Notes: a model not told the origin generated them from the sequence alone. Positions 51,600 through 62,042 are shown, counted from the stretch's first letter. The stretch: DNA of 64,000 nt from an uncultured Methylomirabilota bacterium (GCA_963705305.1 OY970067.1:1248001-1312000); one strand, 5' to 3'. Numbers and translations are program-made.

Positions 51600-52370
51600 A
51601 TGCATAACGCGATGGAAGAGCCAATCGATTCCAGTATCTCGAATCCAATGGCGCCTTCCCCGGCCCCGGCGGACCAGCCGGGTGCGGCCCCTGTCGCGAT
51701 GGCCGACACGGAGGGCGTGTGGACAACTCCACGAATCGAGCTGAAGGCCTGGCTGTATCGGCATGCGCCCGGCTTATCTGCACTGTATGCCGGGGCAGTT
51801 CACCTGATCTTTGGTCTTCCCGTCCCCGGGCGTGTTCGCTTTATCGCTCATGCGATACGGGAGGTCTGTAACCGTCTGCCCGACGCCGTGTGCGGTGTGG
51901 AAACTGAACGTCTCGACTACGCCACGAGAATGGACGGGATTGCGGGAGCATGGGAGAGAAGCGGTCTTAGGCTCGACGCATCAGAGTACGCGGGTGAAGC
52001 ACCGGGGCCAGAAGGGCCGGGAAGAGTGCCCGTTGATGCCGCCCTGTTCGCAAAACTGTTAGCGCTCGTTGGGGATCATGCCAGAGGACGTAAGAGACCC
52101 GAGGAGAACGCAGCGCGTTTATTTGAGGCGGTTTCACCGGGGAATCGCGCCTTGCGCGAGATGTTGGCGCCCGTGATACGGCAGTGGGTTGGGGTAGGCC
52201 GTTGGTCGGTAGGCAAAGCACACGACTGGAAGCTGCTGGACGAAGAGTACCCGGAACAGGACCTCCGACGAAAGTTCGAACTGTTCGAAACAACACTCAT
52301 GGCGCTGGCACTGGGCTTCTTTGAAGCCGTGGATGAGTTGGATGAAATCCTGGAAGAGACCAACTCCTGA
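51600..52370 (+). CDS. Hypothetical protein, HEPN/Abi-like helical domain
   Basis: LY.GA.......P.R..IAHAIRE and distal KAH motif; start uncertain. Confidence 0.55.
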   Translation: MHNAMEEPIDSSISNPMAPSPAPADQPGAAPVAMADTEGVWTTPRIELKAWLYRHAPGLSALYAGAVHLIFGLPVPGRVRFIAHAIREVCNRLPDAVCGVETERLDYATRMDGIAGAWERSGLRLDASEYAGEAPGPEGPGRVPVDAALFAKLLALVGDHARGRKRPEENAARLFEAVSPGNRALREMLAPVIRQWVGVGRWSVGKAHDWKLLDEEYPEQDLRRKFELFETTLMALALGFFEAVDELDEILEETNS

Positions 52371-55233
52371 TGAGGTGTCCCGGGCCGTGTCCCTCCTCGG
52401 TCACCCGGGGCAATACGGGTATTTCTTCGATCGACTTCAGAACCCGCTCTGGCTGGGACCACTGCTTCAAAAGGGCTTCTTCCGGCAGCCACTGACACCC
52501 ATATCCGACGCCAAGACTGGGTCCATTCGATTCCCGCCCTGGCCCGAATCCCGGTACTTGGCGCGGATGGCCACCCTCCAGGAAGCGCAGGAAGAAGTGC
52601 TGCAAGTCGTACTGAACATTCCTGACACGGAGAATACCGCCGTCCATGAAGATCTTGCGGATGTAGCTCTGGCGCTACCAGTGCAATTGTCAGTTCGGCT
52701 AGTCCCAAAGGCGAAGAAATGGGCTGAAGCACGCTACCAGTTGCGCCTGCCGGAGAAACTGGGTGCTGTGGTGGGGCGCCTCGCCCAGGGCGGGGCCGTC
52801 GACGGGGCCCTTGATCTCGCTCGGACGCTCCTAGCGGTCTTGCCTGATCCTCGCACTCTGCCTGCCGCCGAGCTTCCCGAAGCAATGCGGCTAATGCCTG
52901 AACCGACGGCCCGCTTCGACGTTTGGGATTATGAACAGATCCTCAAGAAGCACTTGGATCAACTGGCCGAAGCGGCAGGCGTGAGGGGGCTCTCGCTCTT
53001 CGCCGATCTCCTGGAGTCGGCCATCACGCTATCTCATCGGCGTGCTGATGGTGCGCCGCCGGAGGACTACTCCTGGATCTGGCGGCCGGCGATCGAGGAG
53101 CACGAGCAAAACCGTCGGGAATCGATCAGGACTCTCCTCGTCAGTGCCGTCCGCGACGCCGCGGAGGGATTGGCGAGTCGCGCGCCAGCCTCCGTGTCGG
53201 AACTCGTCCGATTACTTGAAGCGCGTGATTGGCCGGTCTTTCGCCGCTTAGCGTTGCATCTCCTGCGGCGCTACCCGGACTCCGCGATAACGCTCGTCGA
53301 GGAACGGTTCACGAACCGGAATCTTTTTGATGATCAAAGATTCCGTCACGAGTACGTCCTAATGGCCGCGGACGTGTTCGCCCGCGTGTCCGAATCTGCC
53401 CGGCAGACGTTTCTGGACTGGATTGACCAGGGGCCGGACCTGGTCGCCTTCCGAGCGAGGTATCGCGAGGAAGGGGGTGCGGATCTCGGCGACGGGGATG
53501 CTGTTCGCTACGGCAAGATCTGGCGTCGAGACCGCCTTGCGCCCTTGAGCGGTGCCCTTCCCCCGGAATGGAAACAGCGTTATCTGGAATTGGTCGCTGA
53601 TGTCGGCGAGCCACAACATCCGGAGTTCGCGGCCTACATGGAAAGCGGGTGGGTTGGTCCGACGAGTCCGAGGTCAGCTGACGACCTTCGAGCGATGTCG
53701 GTGGCGGACATCGCTGCCCTGCTGAACATGTGGACGCCATCGGGCGACTGGTTTGGTCCCTCCAAGGAAGGTCTCGGGCGTGAACTTGCCTCAGTGGTGC
53801 AGGCCGATCCTGAGCGATTCGCCAGGGAGGCTCGACTCTTTGCCGGCGTCAATCCCACGTACGTCCGTGCTGTCGTGCAGGGGTTGGCAGACGCAGCCAA
53901 GGAGGGCCGCGCGTTTGCCTGGCCGCCCGTAATTGATCTATGCCAATGGGTCGTTCGGCAACCCAGAGAAGCTGTGGCGGGCCGCCGCACCGAGGATGAG
54001 GATCCGGACTGGGAGTGGACGTGCAAGGCCATTGGAAGCTTGCTGTCCGCTGCATGCGAGCAGGGTGAGGCGGAACTGCCATTTGATCTTCGTGAACGTG
54101 CATGGGCAGTTCTTCGGACGCTCACCGACGATCCTGACCCGACGCCGGAGTACGAAGCCCGATACGGCGGGACAAATATGGAACCCGCCACGCTGTCGAT
54201 CAACACTACTCGCGGCGAAGCTATGCATGCGGTCGTTCACTATGCCCTCTGGGTTCGTCGGCACATTGAGCAACTTACGGATGGACCGGCGCTTATCGCA
54301 TCGGGGTTCGAGGCAATGCCAGAAGTTCGTGGAGTTCTAGAGGCGCATCTCGATCCAGCGAACGACCCGAGCCTGGCCATCCGGGCTGTCTACGGGCAGT
54401 GGTTCCCCTGGCTCGTGCTCCTCGATCGTGCGTGGGCAGCAGCTCAGATACTTCGTATCTTTCCGGCGGATAGGACAGACCTTCGGGGCGCTGCCTGGGA
54501 GACATACATCGTCTTTTGCAGACCGTACGACAACGTGTTCGAGGTTCTGGAGCCGGAGTATTCGAGGGCGGTGGAGCGGCTCGGCGATACCGCCCGGAGC
54601 GTCGGTCATCACCTCGGCGATCCCGAGGCGCACCTTGCTGAGCATTTGATGGTCTTCTATGGCCGCGGAAAGCTAACTTTGGATGCGCCTCCCAACTTAC
54701 TCGCCGGGTTCTTTGAAAAGGCGCCTGGCCTGATTCGGGGGCGAGCGATCGAATTCATCGGCCGCAGCCTCCGGGACGAGAAGGGGCAAATTCCCGCTGT
54801 CGTCCTGCAACGGTTTTCGGCACTGTGGGAGCGGAGGATTGAGCGGGCTCGTGCTGGGCCGGGCGATTCTGTTGATGAACTTGCCAACTTTGGTTGGTGG
54901 TTCGTGTCCAAGAAATTCGATGAAGCATGGGCCATTCACCAGCTTGGAGAAGCGTTACGACTAGCGAAGAAGGCTGAGCCTGATCACATGATCGCCGAGA
55001 CGCTGGCCGAGGTGGCTGTTCGCAGACCTCGCGAAGCTGTGGAGTGTCTTGCGGCTCTAGTTGAGGCCGATCGTGAGGGCTGGGGTATTCTTGGGTGGGA
55101 CAAACAAGCGCGCGCGATTCTGGCGGTTGCGATGGGAAGCGGCGACCGAGCGGCGCAAGAGGTGGGGACCACCCTGATTCACCGTCTAGGCGTTCTTGGA
55201 AGACTCGAATTTCGTGATCTGTTAAGGGTTTGA
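52342..55233 (+). CDS. Large (about 960 aa) alpha-helical hypothetical protein, defence-island type
   Basis: Long uninterrupted ORF starting PT.DEV....YFFDRL.NP.WL..L...GFF; overlaps the preceding ORF by 29 nt. Confidence 0.7.
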   Translation: MKSWKRPTPDEVSRAVSLLGHPGQYGYFFDRLQNPLWLGPLLQKGFFRQPLTPISDAKTGSIRFPPWPESRYLARMATLQEAQEEVLQVVLNIPDTENTAVHEDLADVALALPVQLSVRLVPKAKKWAEARYQLRLPEKLGAVVGRLAQGGAVDGALDLARTLLAVLPDPRTLPAAELPEAMRLMPEPTARFDVWDYEQILKKHLDQLAEAAGVRGLSLFADLLESAITLSHRRADGAPPEDYSWIWRPAIEEHEQNRRESIRTLLVSAVRDAAEGLASRAPASVSELVRLLEARDWPVFRRLALHLLRRYPDSAITLVEERFTNRNLFDDQRFRHEYVLMAADVFARVSESARQTFLDWIDQGPDLVAFRARYREEGGADLGDGDAVRYGKIWRRDRLAPLSGALPPEWKQRYLELVADVGEPQHPEFAAYMESGWVGPTSPRSADDLRAMSVADIAALLNMWTPSGDWFGPSKEGLGRELASVVQADPERFAREARLFAGVNPTYVRAVVQGLADAAKEGRAFAWPPVIDLCQWVVRQPREAVAGRRTEDEDPDWEWTCKAIGSLLSAACEQGEAELPFDLRERAWAVLRTLTDDPDPTPEYEARYGGTNMEPATLSINTTRGEAMHAVVHYALWVRRHIEQLTDGPALIASGFEAMPEVRGVLEAHLDPANDPSLAIRAVYGQWFPWLVLLDRAWAAAQILRIFPADRTDLRGAAWETYIVFCRPYDNVFEVLEPEYSRAVERLGDTARSVGHHLGDPEAHLAEHLMVFYGRGKLTLDAPPNLLAGFFEKAPGLIRGRAIEFIGRSLRDEKGQIPAVVLQRFSALWERRIERARAGPGDSVDELANFGWWFVSKKFDEAWAIHQLGEALRLAKKAEPDHMIAETLAEVAVRRPREAVECLAALVEADREGWGILGWDKQARAILAVAMGSGDRAAQEVGTTLIHRLGVLGRLEFRDLLRV

Positions 55234-55439
55234 GCTAAAGCCGGAGCTTCCCCGACATCGCTCATTCTGCCGTAGCATCGCTGGCCTACTGAGGATGAGG
55301 GCCTCCCACGGCCCCAACAGATTTACGAGCAGTTGTCCCATCTCCTCGTACCACGCGTCGTCCGGTTCTCCTTCGATGTGGAGAATCAGCGGTGGGTCCG
55401 TCGCCGTTTGTCGCTCGGGTCGGGTGCCGCCTTCCTTCT

Positions 55440-55799
55440 TCATGTCCGATCCTTCCACAACTCGATCTGGCGATCGAGGTCTGTCCGGTCAAAGAGCAGC
55501 TTCCGCAGCTCGCGGCGATTGGGAAGCGGAATCCGCACGCGGTGTAAAACGCCCGCCCACTCCAGGCTATGGATCGTCCAGGGCGAAACGCTGAGATAGC
55601 GTGCGGCTTGAGCGAGGTCCAGGAGCCGCGGGTCGAGCGGGAGTGGGGTGGGCTTCGGCACATCCTCTGGTTTGGGGTGCTTCCGGGGGCGCCCGGGTCC
55701 TCTCCGGGCGTGCAGCAAGGGTTTGTCGGGAGGATCGGCCTTCCTTCGTCCTCCATTCCAAGGGATCGCGGCAGTCGCTCGCGGTGCCGGTCGATCCAT
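55440..55799 (-). CDS. Excisionase-like HTH_17 protein with AT-hook-like GRPRK motif
   Basis: RLLDLAQAARYLSVSPWTI...LLFDR.DLD..I; RGPGRPRK upstream; start uncertain. Confidence 0.7.
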   Translation of the reverse strand: MDRPAPRATAAIPWNGGRRKADPPDKPLLHARRGPGRPRKHPKPEDVPKPTPLPLDPRLLDLAQAARYLSVSPWTIHSLEWAGVLHRVRIPLPNRRELRKLLFDRTDLDRQIELWKDRT

Positions 55800-56233
55800 C
55801 GGTCAAGTGCCTCTTTGTCAAAGCGCACGGACCGGCCCAGCTTGATCGCGGGCAGCCGATTCTTGATCCGCTAGCCTCGCCCCGCCAAAGATGTGCGCGA
55901 GAGCCCGAGATAATCCGCGGCCTCTTGGATCGTGAGGAGTCGTCCTCGCGGTGCCACCACTTTCTCTCCGTGGTCATTTCTCGCGATGCCAGTGCGTTCC
56001 GGCCGCCCTGGCCGGCTCACCGGCACCGCGACATCCGGCCGCAGATTGTCAGCAGCCTCTGCTCGGCGCTCCCGTAGGACTTCTTCTACTATTACATCGG
56101 CGATCAGCCTCACCCATATCTCAGCCGCCGGAGAAAGGCGCTCTTTGATCGACTCAGCCAGACCAATACCATCCTTCTGTGTTGCGTCCGCGGTCTGGGT
56201 CGAGTCGTCGGTCTCCTTCTCTGGTTCTCCCAT
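55760..56233 (-). pseudogene. Second excisionase-like HTH_17 gene, frameshifted
   Basis: RLLTIQEAADYLGLSRTSL in one frame continues as LPAIKLGRSVRFDKEALDRWI in another. Confidence 0.65.
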
Positions 56234-56376
56234 GATCACATGAGCCTCCTCTACGGAGCGCTGGCTACGGCGACCGTCCGGCCTGAGTCCGCGCTTCCTT
56301 ATTCGGTGGCAGTTCGTTTTGACACAACGTCGCCGTCTGGACCAATCCTCGGGGGGCAGGTCAGTTTGGCCGGCAT

Positions 56377-56952
56377 TCAGAGTTGTTTTAAGAACCCTAG
56401 ATACCCCTTGCGGGCCAGGACGGCCTCTATTTCAGCTCTTGTCAAGCCCCTCTTCCAGAAACTCTTCCAGAGAAGGCGCTTGGCCAAGGACCGGATCGTT
56501 CGCCAAGGAACATCGAGCTTGAGGACCTCGTATAGGTTTGCGATTAAGTTTCTGATGTCTATCTGAAATCGGCGACAAACGGATACAGCATGCCACAGGT
56601 CGGGGCCTGAAAGATCAACGAGAGCATTCCCCTCGAAGTTGCGACCATGTTTATGAATAGCCTCGGCAATGGCACCAGCAACAAGAATGCTGGACAGGCG
56701 GTAGGCTACTGGTTGTGCATTCGCCTTCAGGTGATTCGGGAGGCCGGCGAACAATAGCTGCCAGGAATCCCTACTAATGATTGCCCCAGCGAGAAGGTTG
56801 TCCTCTCCGTAGTCCATTATGGTAAGGCCGTTTCCCTTACGATCTATTGACGATCGAGTGCATGAGTATTCCGCAAAGTAAGCTGCAACAATGTGACCGG
56901 CTTCATGAAGAGTGGCATTTCTGATACTGTCGAAAAATCTACAGATGGACAT
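56377..56952 (-). CDS. Stand-alone zinc metallopeptidase, M41-like
   Basis: HEAGH, LVAG.IAE and S..D motifs; lower GC than its flanks. Confidence 0.7.
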   Translation of the reverse strand: MSICRFFDSIRNATLHEAGHIVAAYFAEYSCTRSSIDRKGNGLTIMDYGEDNLLAGAIISRDSWQLLFAGLPNHLKANAQPVAYRLSSILVAGAIAEAIHKHGRNFEGNALVDLSGPDLWHAVSVCRRFQIDIRNLIANLYEVLKLDVPWRTIRSLAKRLLWKSFWKRGLTRAEIEAVLARKGYLGFLKQL

Positions 56953-57245
56953 ATGAAGGCACCTTATTGTGTCGTCCGTTGCTTGAAGTCGTTCAAAGCT
57001 AGGGGATAGCCATGGTGCATGTCAAGGAGCGTCTGGCGCACTGCAAGAGGCGGGGCGCAGCCGGCTAGCCTCGCCTACCCCCGCCCCGGTTGCCCGACTA
57101 ATCTCGGCGCCTGTTGACCGGCTTCAGGAACCTCCTTCTCGACGCGCCCTCGATTATCGAGGTGAAATGGGCGGGGCTGGGGTCGAGGACACCATGAGGA
57201 GATCGCCGCTCTCCCACGATGATCCTCGCGACGGTGGGGGAGCTA

Positions 57246-58380
57246 GTGATCTGTAACAGAAATAGCTTTACAATCAGGTGCTGTATGTGTACAAGGGCTC
57301 ATGTTTACTCCAGCGCGGGCGCTCACGATCGACGAGAATCAGCGGAAGCGACTCCGGTTCCTGGCGAACTCGGGCAAGACACCGCAGAAGGTGGCCCTGC
57401 GGGCCCGGATCGTCCTGCTGGCCAGCGAGGGCGTCCCCAACAACGCCAGCGCGGCGCGGCTGGGCACCAGTCGCCCGACGGTGCTGCTGTGGCGGAGCCG
57501 GTTTCAGGCCCGCGGGGCGCCCGGGCTGCTGAAGGAGGCGCCGCGGCCAGGCCGCAAGAAGGCTCTCTCGCCTGCGGTCGTGAAGCGGGTGGTCGAGGCG
57601 ACCTTGCACAGTACCCCGCGGGGGGCGACGCACTGGAGCACCCGCACCCTGGCCAAGGCCCAGGGCCTCTCCCACATGACGGTCCAGCGGATCTGGAAGC
57701 AGCATGGGCTGCAGCCGCACCGGGTGGAGACTTTCAAGCTCTCCCGCGATCCCCACTTTGTCGAGAAGCTGCGCGACGTGGTGGGGCTGTACCTCGATCC
57801 GCCGGACCGGGCCCTGGTCCTGTCGGTGGACGAGAAGAGCCAAATCCAGGCCCTCGACCGGACCCAACCGGGGCTGCCGATGAAGCGGGGCCGCTGCGGC
57901 ACGATGACCCACGACTACAAGCGCCACGGGACCACCACCCTCTACGCGGCCCTCTGCCTGCTCGATGGCAAGGTCATCGGCCAGTGTCTGCCCCGGCACC
58001 GCAGCCAGGAGTTCCTCCGCTTCCTCCGTACCCTCGATCAGCAGACGCCGGCGGCCCTGGACCTGCATCTCATCGTGGACAACTACGGCACCCACAAGAG
58101 CCCCCCGGTCCAGCGCTGGCTCCACCGCCACCCGCGCTTCCATCTCCACTTCACGCCCACGGGCAGCTCCTGGCTCAACCTGGTCGAGCGCTGGTTCCGC
58201 GAGATCACCCAGAAGCGCATCCGTCGCGGCAGCTTCGCCAGCGTCAAGGAGCTCCTGGCCGCGATCCAGGAGTACCTCGATGAGTACAACCGCGCTCCCA
58301 AACGCTTCGTCTGGACCAAGAGCGCTGACATGATCATGACGAAGGTCGATCGTTGTAAAGCAGCGTTAGTTACACAACAC
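57246..58380 (+). mobile_element. IS630-family element, intact transposase 57301-58383
   Basis: TA duplication (57244-45, 58381-82); IR GTGATCTGTAAC / GTGTTGTGTAAC; VDEKSQIQAL, DNY.TH and SWLNLVERWF motifs. Confidence 0.95.
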
Positions 58381-59603
58381 TAGCTTCCCTCCCTTATCCT
58401 CTGCGCGCACCCGCGGCAGAGGTGTTCGGGAAGGCCAGCATGAACTGGGCATTGGTCCGGCGAACACGGGGACTCGTACCCGCAGAGGTACGCAAGGACC
58501 GTGCATCTATTCCCTCGCCAATTCCGACCCTGCAGGGGAGGGCACAGGTCCCGGATTCGGGAACCGCGGCGGAATACGCAGGTGTCGAAGGCCCGGGCAT
58601 TACACATCTCGGCCGCATACTCGAAGGACACGTCGAACTGTTCAAGGTAGGCCCCCTCCGGCAACCGCCGGTCGGCCTTCAGGGTATCGTGCCATTCGCG
58701 AAGCGTTCCGGGCAGCACAGGCCGGCCGAAGGCGTGCGTGAAGAAGAAACTGTTCCACACGTCTCCGGGGACTTCGAGCGCACTGAGCAGGGTGAGCCCG
58801 CCTCCCCGGAAATACTCGATGATGTCCTGACACCCTGTGGTCTGGAGGGCTGCCAGGAAGGGCGGCATGAGCGCACTGCCCGGCTTCACGTAGTCCCGGA
58901 ACGCCGCCCACACCCGCTTGAAGTACCGGTCGTCCGATGTCATCCAACGGCGGTACTCCCGCTCCAGCACGTGCGGAGAGCCGAAGAGGTCGGCTAATTC
59001 GCGATCCCTGGCATCGATGGCACTCGAGAAGGCAGTTGACCGGGAGGTGGGAAGCTTGTTGGAAGCGCTCCAGTACGTCAGGAGATAGAGCAGGTAGGCA
59101 ACTCGGTGTACCATATCGTCCCCACCGTGCTGGGCTGCGGCTCTCCAGAAGGCGGAATGGTCGGCAAGGTAGCGCATCACGTTCCGACCGTGGTGCGCGA
59201 GAGTGGCGAGCGTTGCGGCGATCGAGAAGAGGTGCATGGGGTAACGCGGCGCGACGCTGATCGGGTCCTGCCCATCCCGCTGGGTGAGGGAGGTGAGCAC
59301 GTCCACCTTCCGGTCCTTCTCGGCCGGGCGGGAGAAGGCGTGGAGGACCGCCAGTGGAGGCCGTCGCGCCTGCGCGTAGTCATGCACCAGTTCAGCGAGA
59401 ATGGGGCCACCTTTCTCCCACACCTGCTGATACGAGCGCTGGGCATCAAGGATGTAGCAGAGCCAATGGGTCAAGACCTGCTCGGCGGGGGGAAGGCGCT
59501 CAAAGACAGGGCCGGGGATCTGACTCTCCGTCCGGTACCAGCGAGCATGGTCTAGCCACGTGACGACCGGCCACATGTTCACCAAGACAGACGGGACTCT
59601 CAT
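58380..59603 (-). CDS. Hypothetical protein with Cys-rich C-terminus, possibly HhH-GPD glycosylase-like
   Basis: 407-aa ORF with GGAGG SD; KR.W...R, L..PGD.W and FD.SF followed by many Cys. Confidence 0.6.
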   Translation of the reverse strand: MRVPSVLVNMWPVVTWLDHARWYRTESQIPGPVFERLPPAEQVLTHWLCYILDAQRSYQQVWEKGGPILAELVHDYAQARRPPLAVLHAFSRPAEKDRKVDVLTSLTQRDGQDPISVAPRYPMHLFSIAATLATLAHHGRNVMRYLADHSAFWRAAAQHGGDDMVHRVAYLLYLLTYWSASNKLPTSRSTAFSSAIDARDRELADLFGSPHVLEREYRRWMTSDDRYFKRVWAAFRDYVKPGSALMPPFLAALQTTGCQDIIEYFRGGGLTLLSALEVPGDVWNSFFFTHAFGRPVLPGTLREWHDTLKADRRLPEGAYLEQFDVSFEYAAEMCNARAFDTCVFRRGSRIRDLCPPLQGRNWRGNRCTVLAYLCGYESPCSPDQCPVHAGLPEHLCRGCAQRIREGS

Positions 59604-59836
59604 CGTGGCCTCCGGTCCTTTCCTATCCTCTCCCGGCGCGGAAAATCTCGGGGACTCTCATACCTCTGAACCCGCTCGATCCTCTCCACCCAATCACGGT
59701 ACCGTTCATCAGGAGCAAATGCAGCCTGTCCGGGCATGTCGTCCTCGCAAGGTCGGCCGGGGAAACGATCAAGGCGTCGCCCGTCCTGCCCTGTCTAAGA
59801 AACTCGTCTCCACTCGCAGAGGCGCCTCCTCGGCAC

Positions 59837-61006
59837 TCAATTCGACACGGGATGAGCTCGCAGCCACTGATCGAGGGTGGTCGGCGGAGGAACCGTCGGC
59901 AGCCGGAGCAGCCGTGCATACCGATCGATGACCGATGCGCTGGGATCGACGATTGTCGTCCGCGCAGGCACGCAGGCAGTCAACAAGAGCGTCCATACCG
60001 CCGCATCCGCTGGCGGCAGGCTATACCCCACGATCACCGTTTCCTCTGCCGCACGTAGTGCGTCAGCCGCTTTCTTCCACAACCTTCGGAACACGGTGTT
60101 GCCGCTCTCCTCGCCGCCGTAGTCCTTTAGGAAGCTTGGATGAAGCAGAGTCTGGTCTTGGTCGGAGGGTCGTTCCGGCATTGAGGCATCGACCAGGGAG
60201 ATGTCGAGCGCCTGCAGGAACAGCGGGTCGAGAGAGATCTCGGTGCCAAGCGGTGCCGGCGAGAGCGCCTCGCGCGGCAGCGGTCCACCGCCTGCCGCCA
60301 CTGTCGCGCCAGGGCGAAGGTGAGGCTTGCGGTACCATCCCGCGGCCCCGTGCAGGTGCAAGACCTTTACCGCGGACTGCGGAAGCGCGACCGGCGTAGC
60401 AGTACACCTAGGATCGCAGAATACGAGTGTGGTCCCGTAGCCGTCTCTTGCCGACCACTTGCCTTGATGTAGAAGAGCCCGCTCAATGGTCGAGTCGTAG
60501 TTGAATGTGACGACGACATCGCCTGCGGCGAGTCTTTGCCCAAGACTCTGTAGCGCCATCCAGTCGGACGCCCCGTAGCGACCTCGGTCCTCTTCATGTC
60601 GATGTTGGAAATAGGCCTCCATTGCCCAGAGTAGAATCCGCCGGGTCCTCCGGTATTCCTCAATGTCAGGCGTCAGGCGATCGTAATTGGCTTCCGCAGC
60701 TGCGACATCGCCGGGGCCTTGCCTGCTTGCTCTCAGGATGTTGAGCAGCGCCTCATCGCCCAGGAAGTGAGCGAAGTCCAAGGCAGTGAAGATTTGTTCC
60801 AGGTTTCCGCTCCGATACGCCTCGCGAAGCAGCGGGTTGCCATTGCGCTGTAGCCATCCCAGTGTTGCCGGCCAGTCCGCATCGTATTGAAAGCGGTCGA
60901 AACACCTTTCGCAGCTCCGGACGTACCCGTCAATGGATTCGAGCAGCTGTCCGCCGAGCGGGTAGATCGGAAACGATGCTCCGGCTCCAAGGACATAGGT
61001 CCGCAT
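59837..61006 (-). CDS. SIR2-like domain protein
   Basis: LGAGAS, TFNYD..IE, LHLHG and VGYSLP.AD motifs; ATG 61006 after GGAGG. Confidence 0.85.
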   Translation of the reverse strand: MRTYVLGAGASFPIYPLGGQLLESIDGYVRSCERCFDRFQYDADWPATLGWLQRNGNPLLREAYRSGNLEQIFTALDFAHFLGDEALLNILRASRQGPGDVAAAEANYDRLTPDIEEYRRTRRILLWAMEAYFQHRHEEDRGRYGASDWMALQSLGQRLAAGDVVVTFNYDSTIERALLHQGKWSARDGYGTTLVFCDPRCTATPVALPQSAVKVLHLHGAAGWYRKPHLRPGATVAAGGGPLPREALSPAPLGTEISLDPLFLQALDISLVDASMPERPSDQDQTLLHPSFLKDYGGEESGNTVFRRLWKKAADALRAAEETVIVGYSLPPADAAVWTLLLTACVPARTTIVDPSASVIDRYARLLRLPTVPPPTTLDQWLRAHPVSN

Positions 61007-61046
61007 TTGGGCCTCCGGGGTGATCGGCAAGAGAGCTACAAGCTTC

Positions 61047-61970
61047 TCATCCGCCAACCCTTGTCGTCCCGACATACTCCGCGCCTTGAGCGATCGCGGC
61101 CCCGATGTGGCGGAATGCCTCCTGACCGAGCGCGAGGGGATGGACGTTTACCTGGACGGCAAGGGTAAAACGGTCCGCCGTCCGATCCAGCGCGATTGTG
61201 TTAACATGGAAGAGCGCGCCGACAATTAGGCCGTCCTTGGCAACGTCGAGGAGCGCCGCTTTCGTTGTTTCCTGTTCCGAGATCGCGAGGAGCATCCGGC
61301 TCAACCCCTCGGAGGCGCGGTGCTCGTCATAGTAGCCGAGGAAGCTGTCCCCCGGATTCAAGACCCGCGCGACGGAGACCGCGATCAAGCCGAAGGCTCC
61401 TGGCGGTCTGGAGGGGATCTGCCGCTTGAGTTGGGCGTGGGCTTGCTTGATGGCCCGGTCAACGCCGGTTGCCGCGAACGGACGCTTGCATTCGATGAGG
61501 ATCTCGGCCACGCCCAACCGGCAGGTTAGATCGGGATGCTCGCCAAGCTCGACGGGCAGGCCGCCCGCTGCGATCCGCGATGCCAGGTAGAGTTCGAACA
61601 GGGTGTTTCGTGCAGCATTGGTACTACTGGCGTTTTCGTCAGCGAGGAGCGGAGGACCACTCAATACAATCTCAAGCTTGCGCCGCAGGGCCTCGGGATT
61701 CACGTTCCGCAGTTGCTCCAGCGCCTCCGCAAACTCGAGCCCTTCGATCAGGGCCGTCGCGAAATGAACTTGATCATTATGGAGTCGCTCCGCCCTCTGT
61801 GGCGGGATGTCGTTGACGTTGCCGGGCTCGATCAACGAAATCAACTCCTGGATCTTCCGCCGGTGTTCGCTGAACCTGCCACGGCCTACAAGGTCGGCCA
61901 GCCCCACGGAGCGGCAGACTTCAGAAGCCCGGTCGAGCTTGTCCAACACATCCTGAAACCGAATAGGCAT
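61047..61970 (-). CDS. Hypothetical protein with PD-(D/E)xK-like motif
   Basis: FEL.LA....PDL......IECKR.........A..QL pattern. Confidence 0.6.
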   Translation of the reverse strand: MPIRFQDVLDKLDRASEVCRSVGLADLVGRGRFSEHRRKIQELISLIEPGNVNDIPPQRAERLHNDQVHFATALIEGLEFAEALEQLRNVNPEALRRKLEIVLSGPPLLADENASSTNAARNTLFELYLASRIAAGGLPVELGEHPDLTCRLGVAEILIECKRPFAATGVDRAIKQAHAQLKRQIPSRPPGAFGLIAVSVARVLNPGDSFLGYYDEHRASEGLSRMLLAISEQETTKAALLDVAKDGLIVGALFHVNTIALDRTADRFTLAVQVNVHPLALGQEAFRHIGAAIAQGAEYVGTTRVGG

Positions 61971-62042
61971 AGTCTCGTTCCTTGCACCGTCATTACGCCG
62001 ATGTCGCGCCCTGCGCAAGTTGATTCTGCTATTCCGCCTGCC

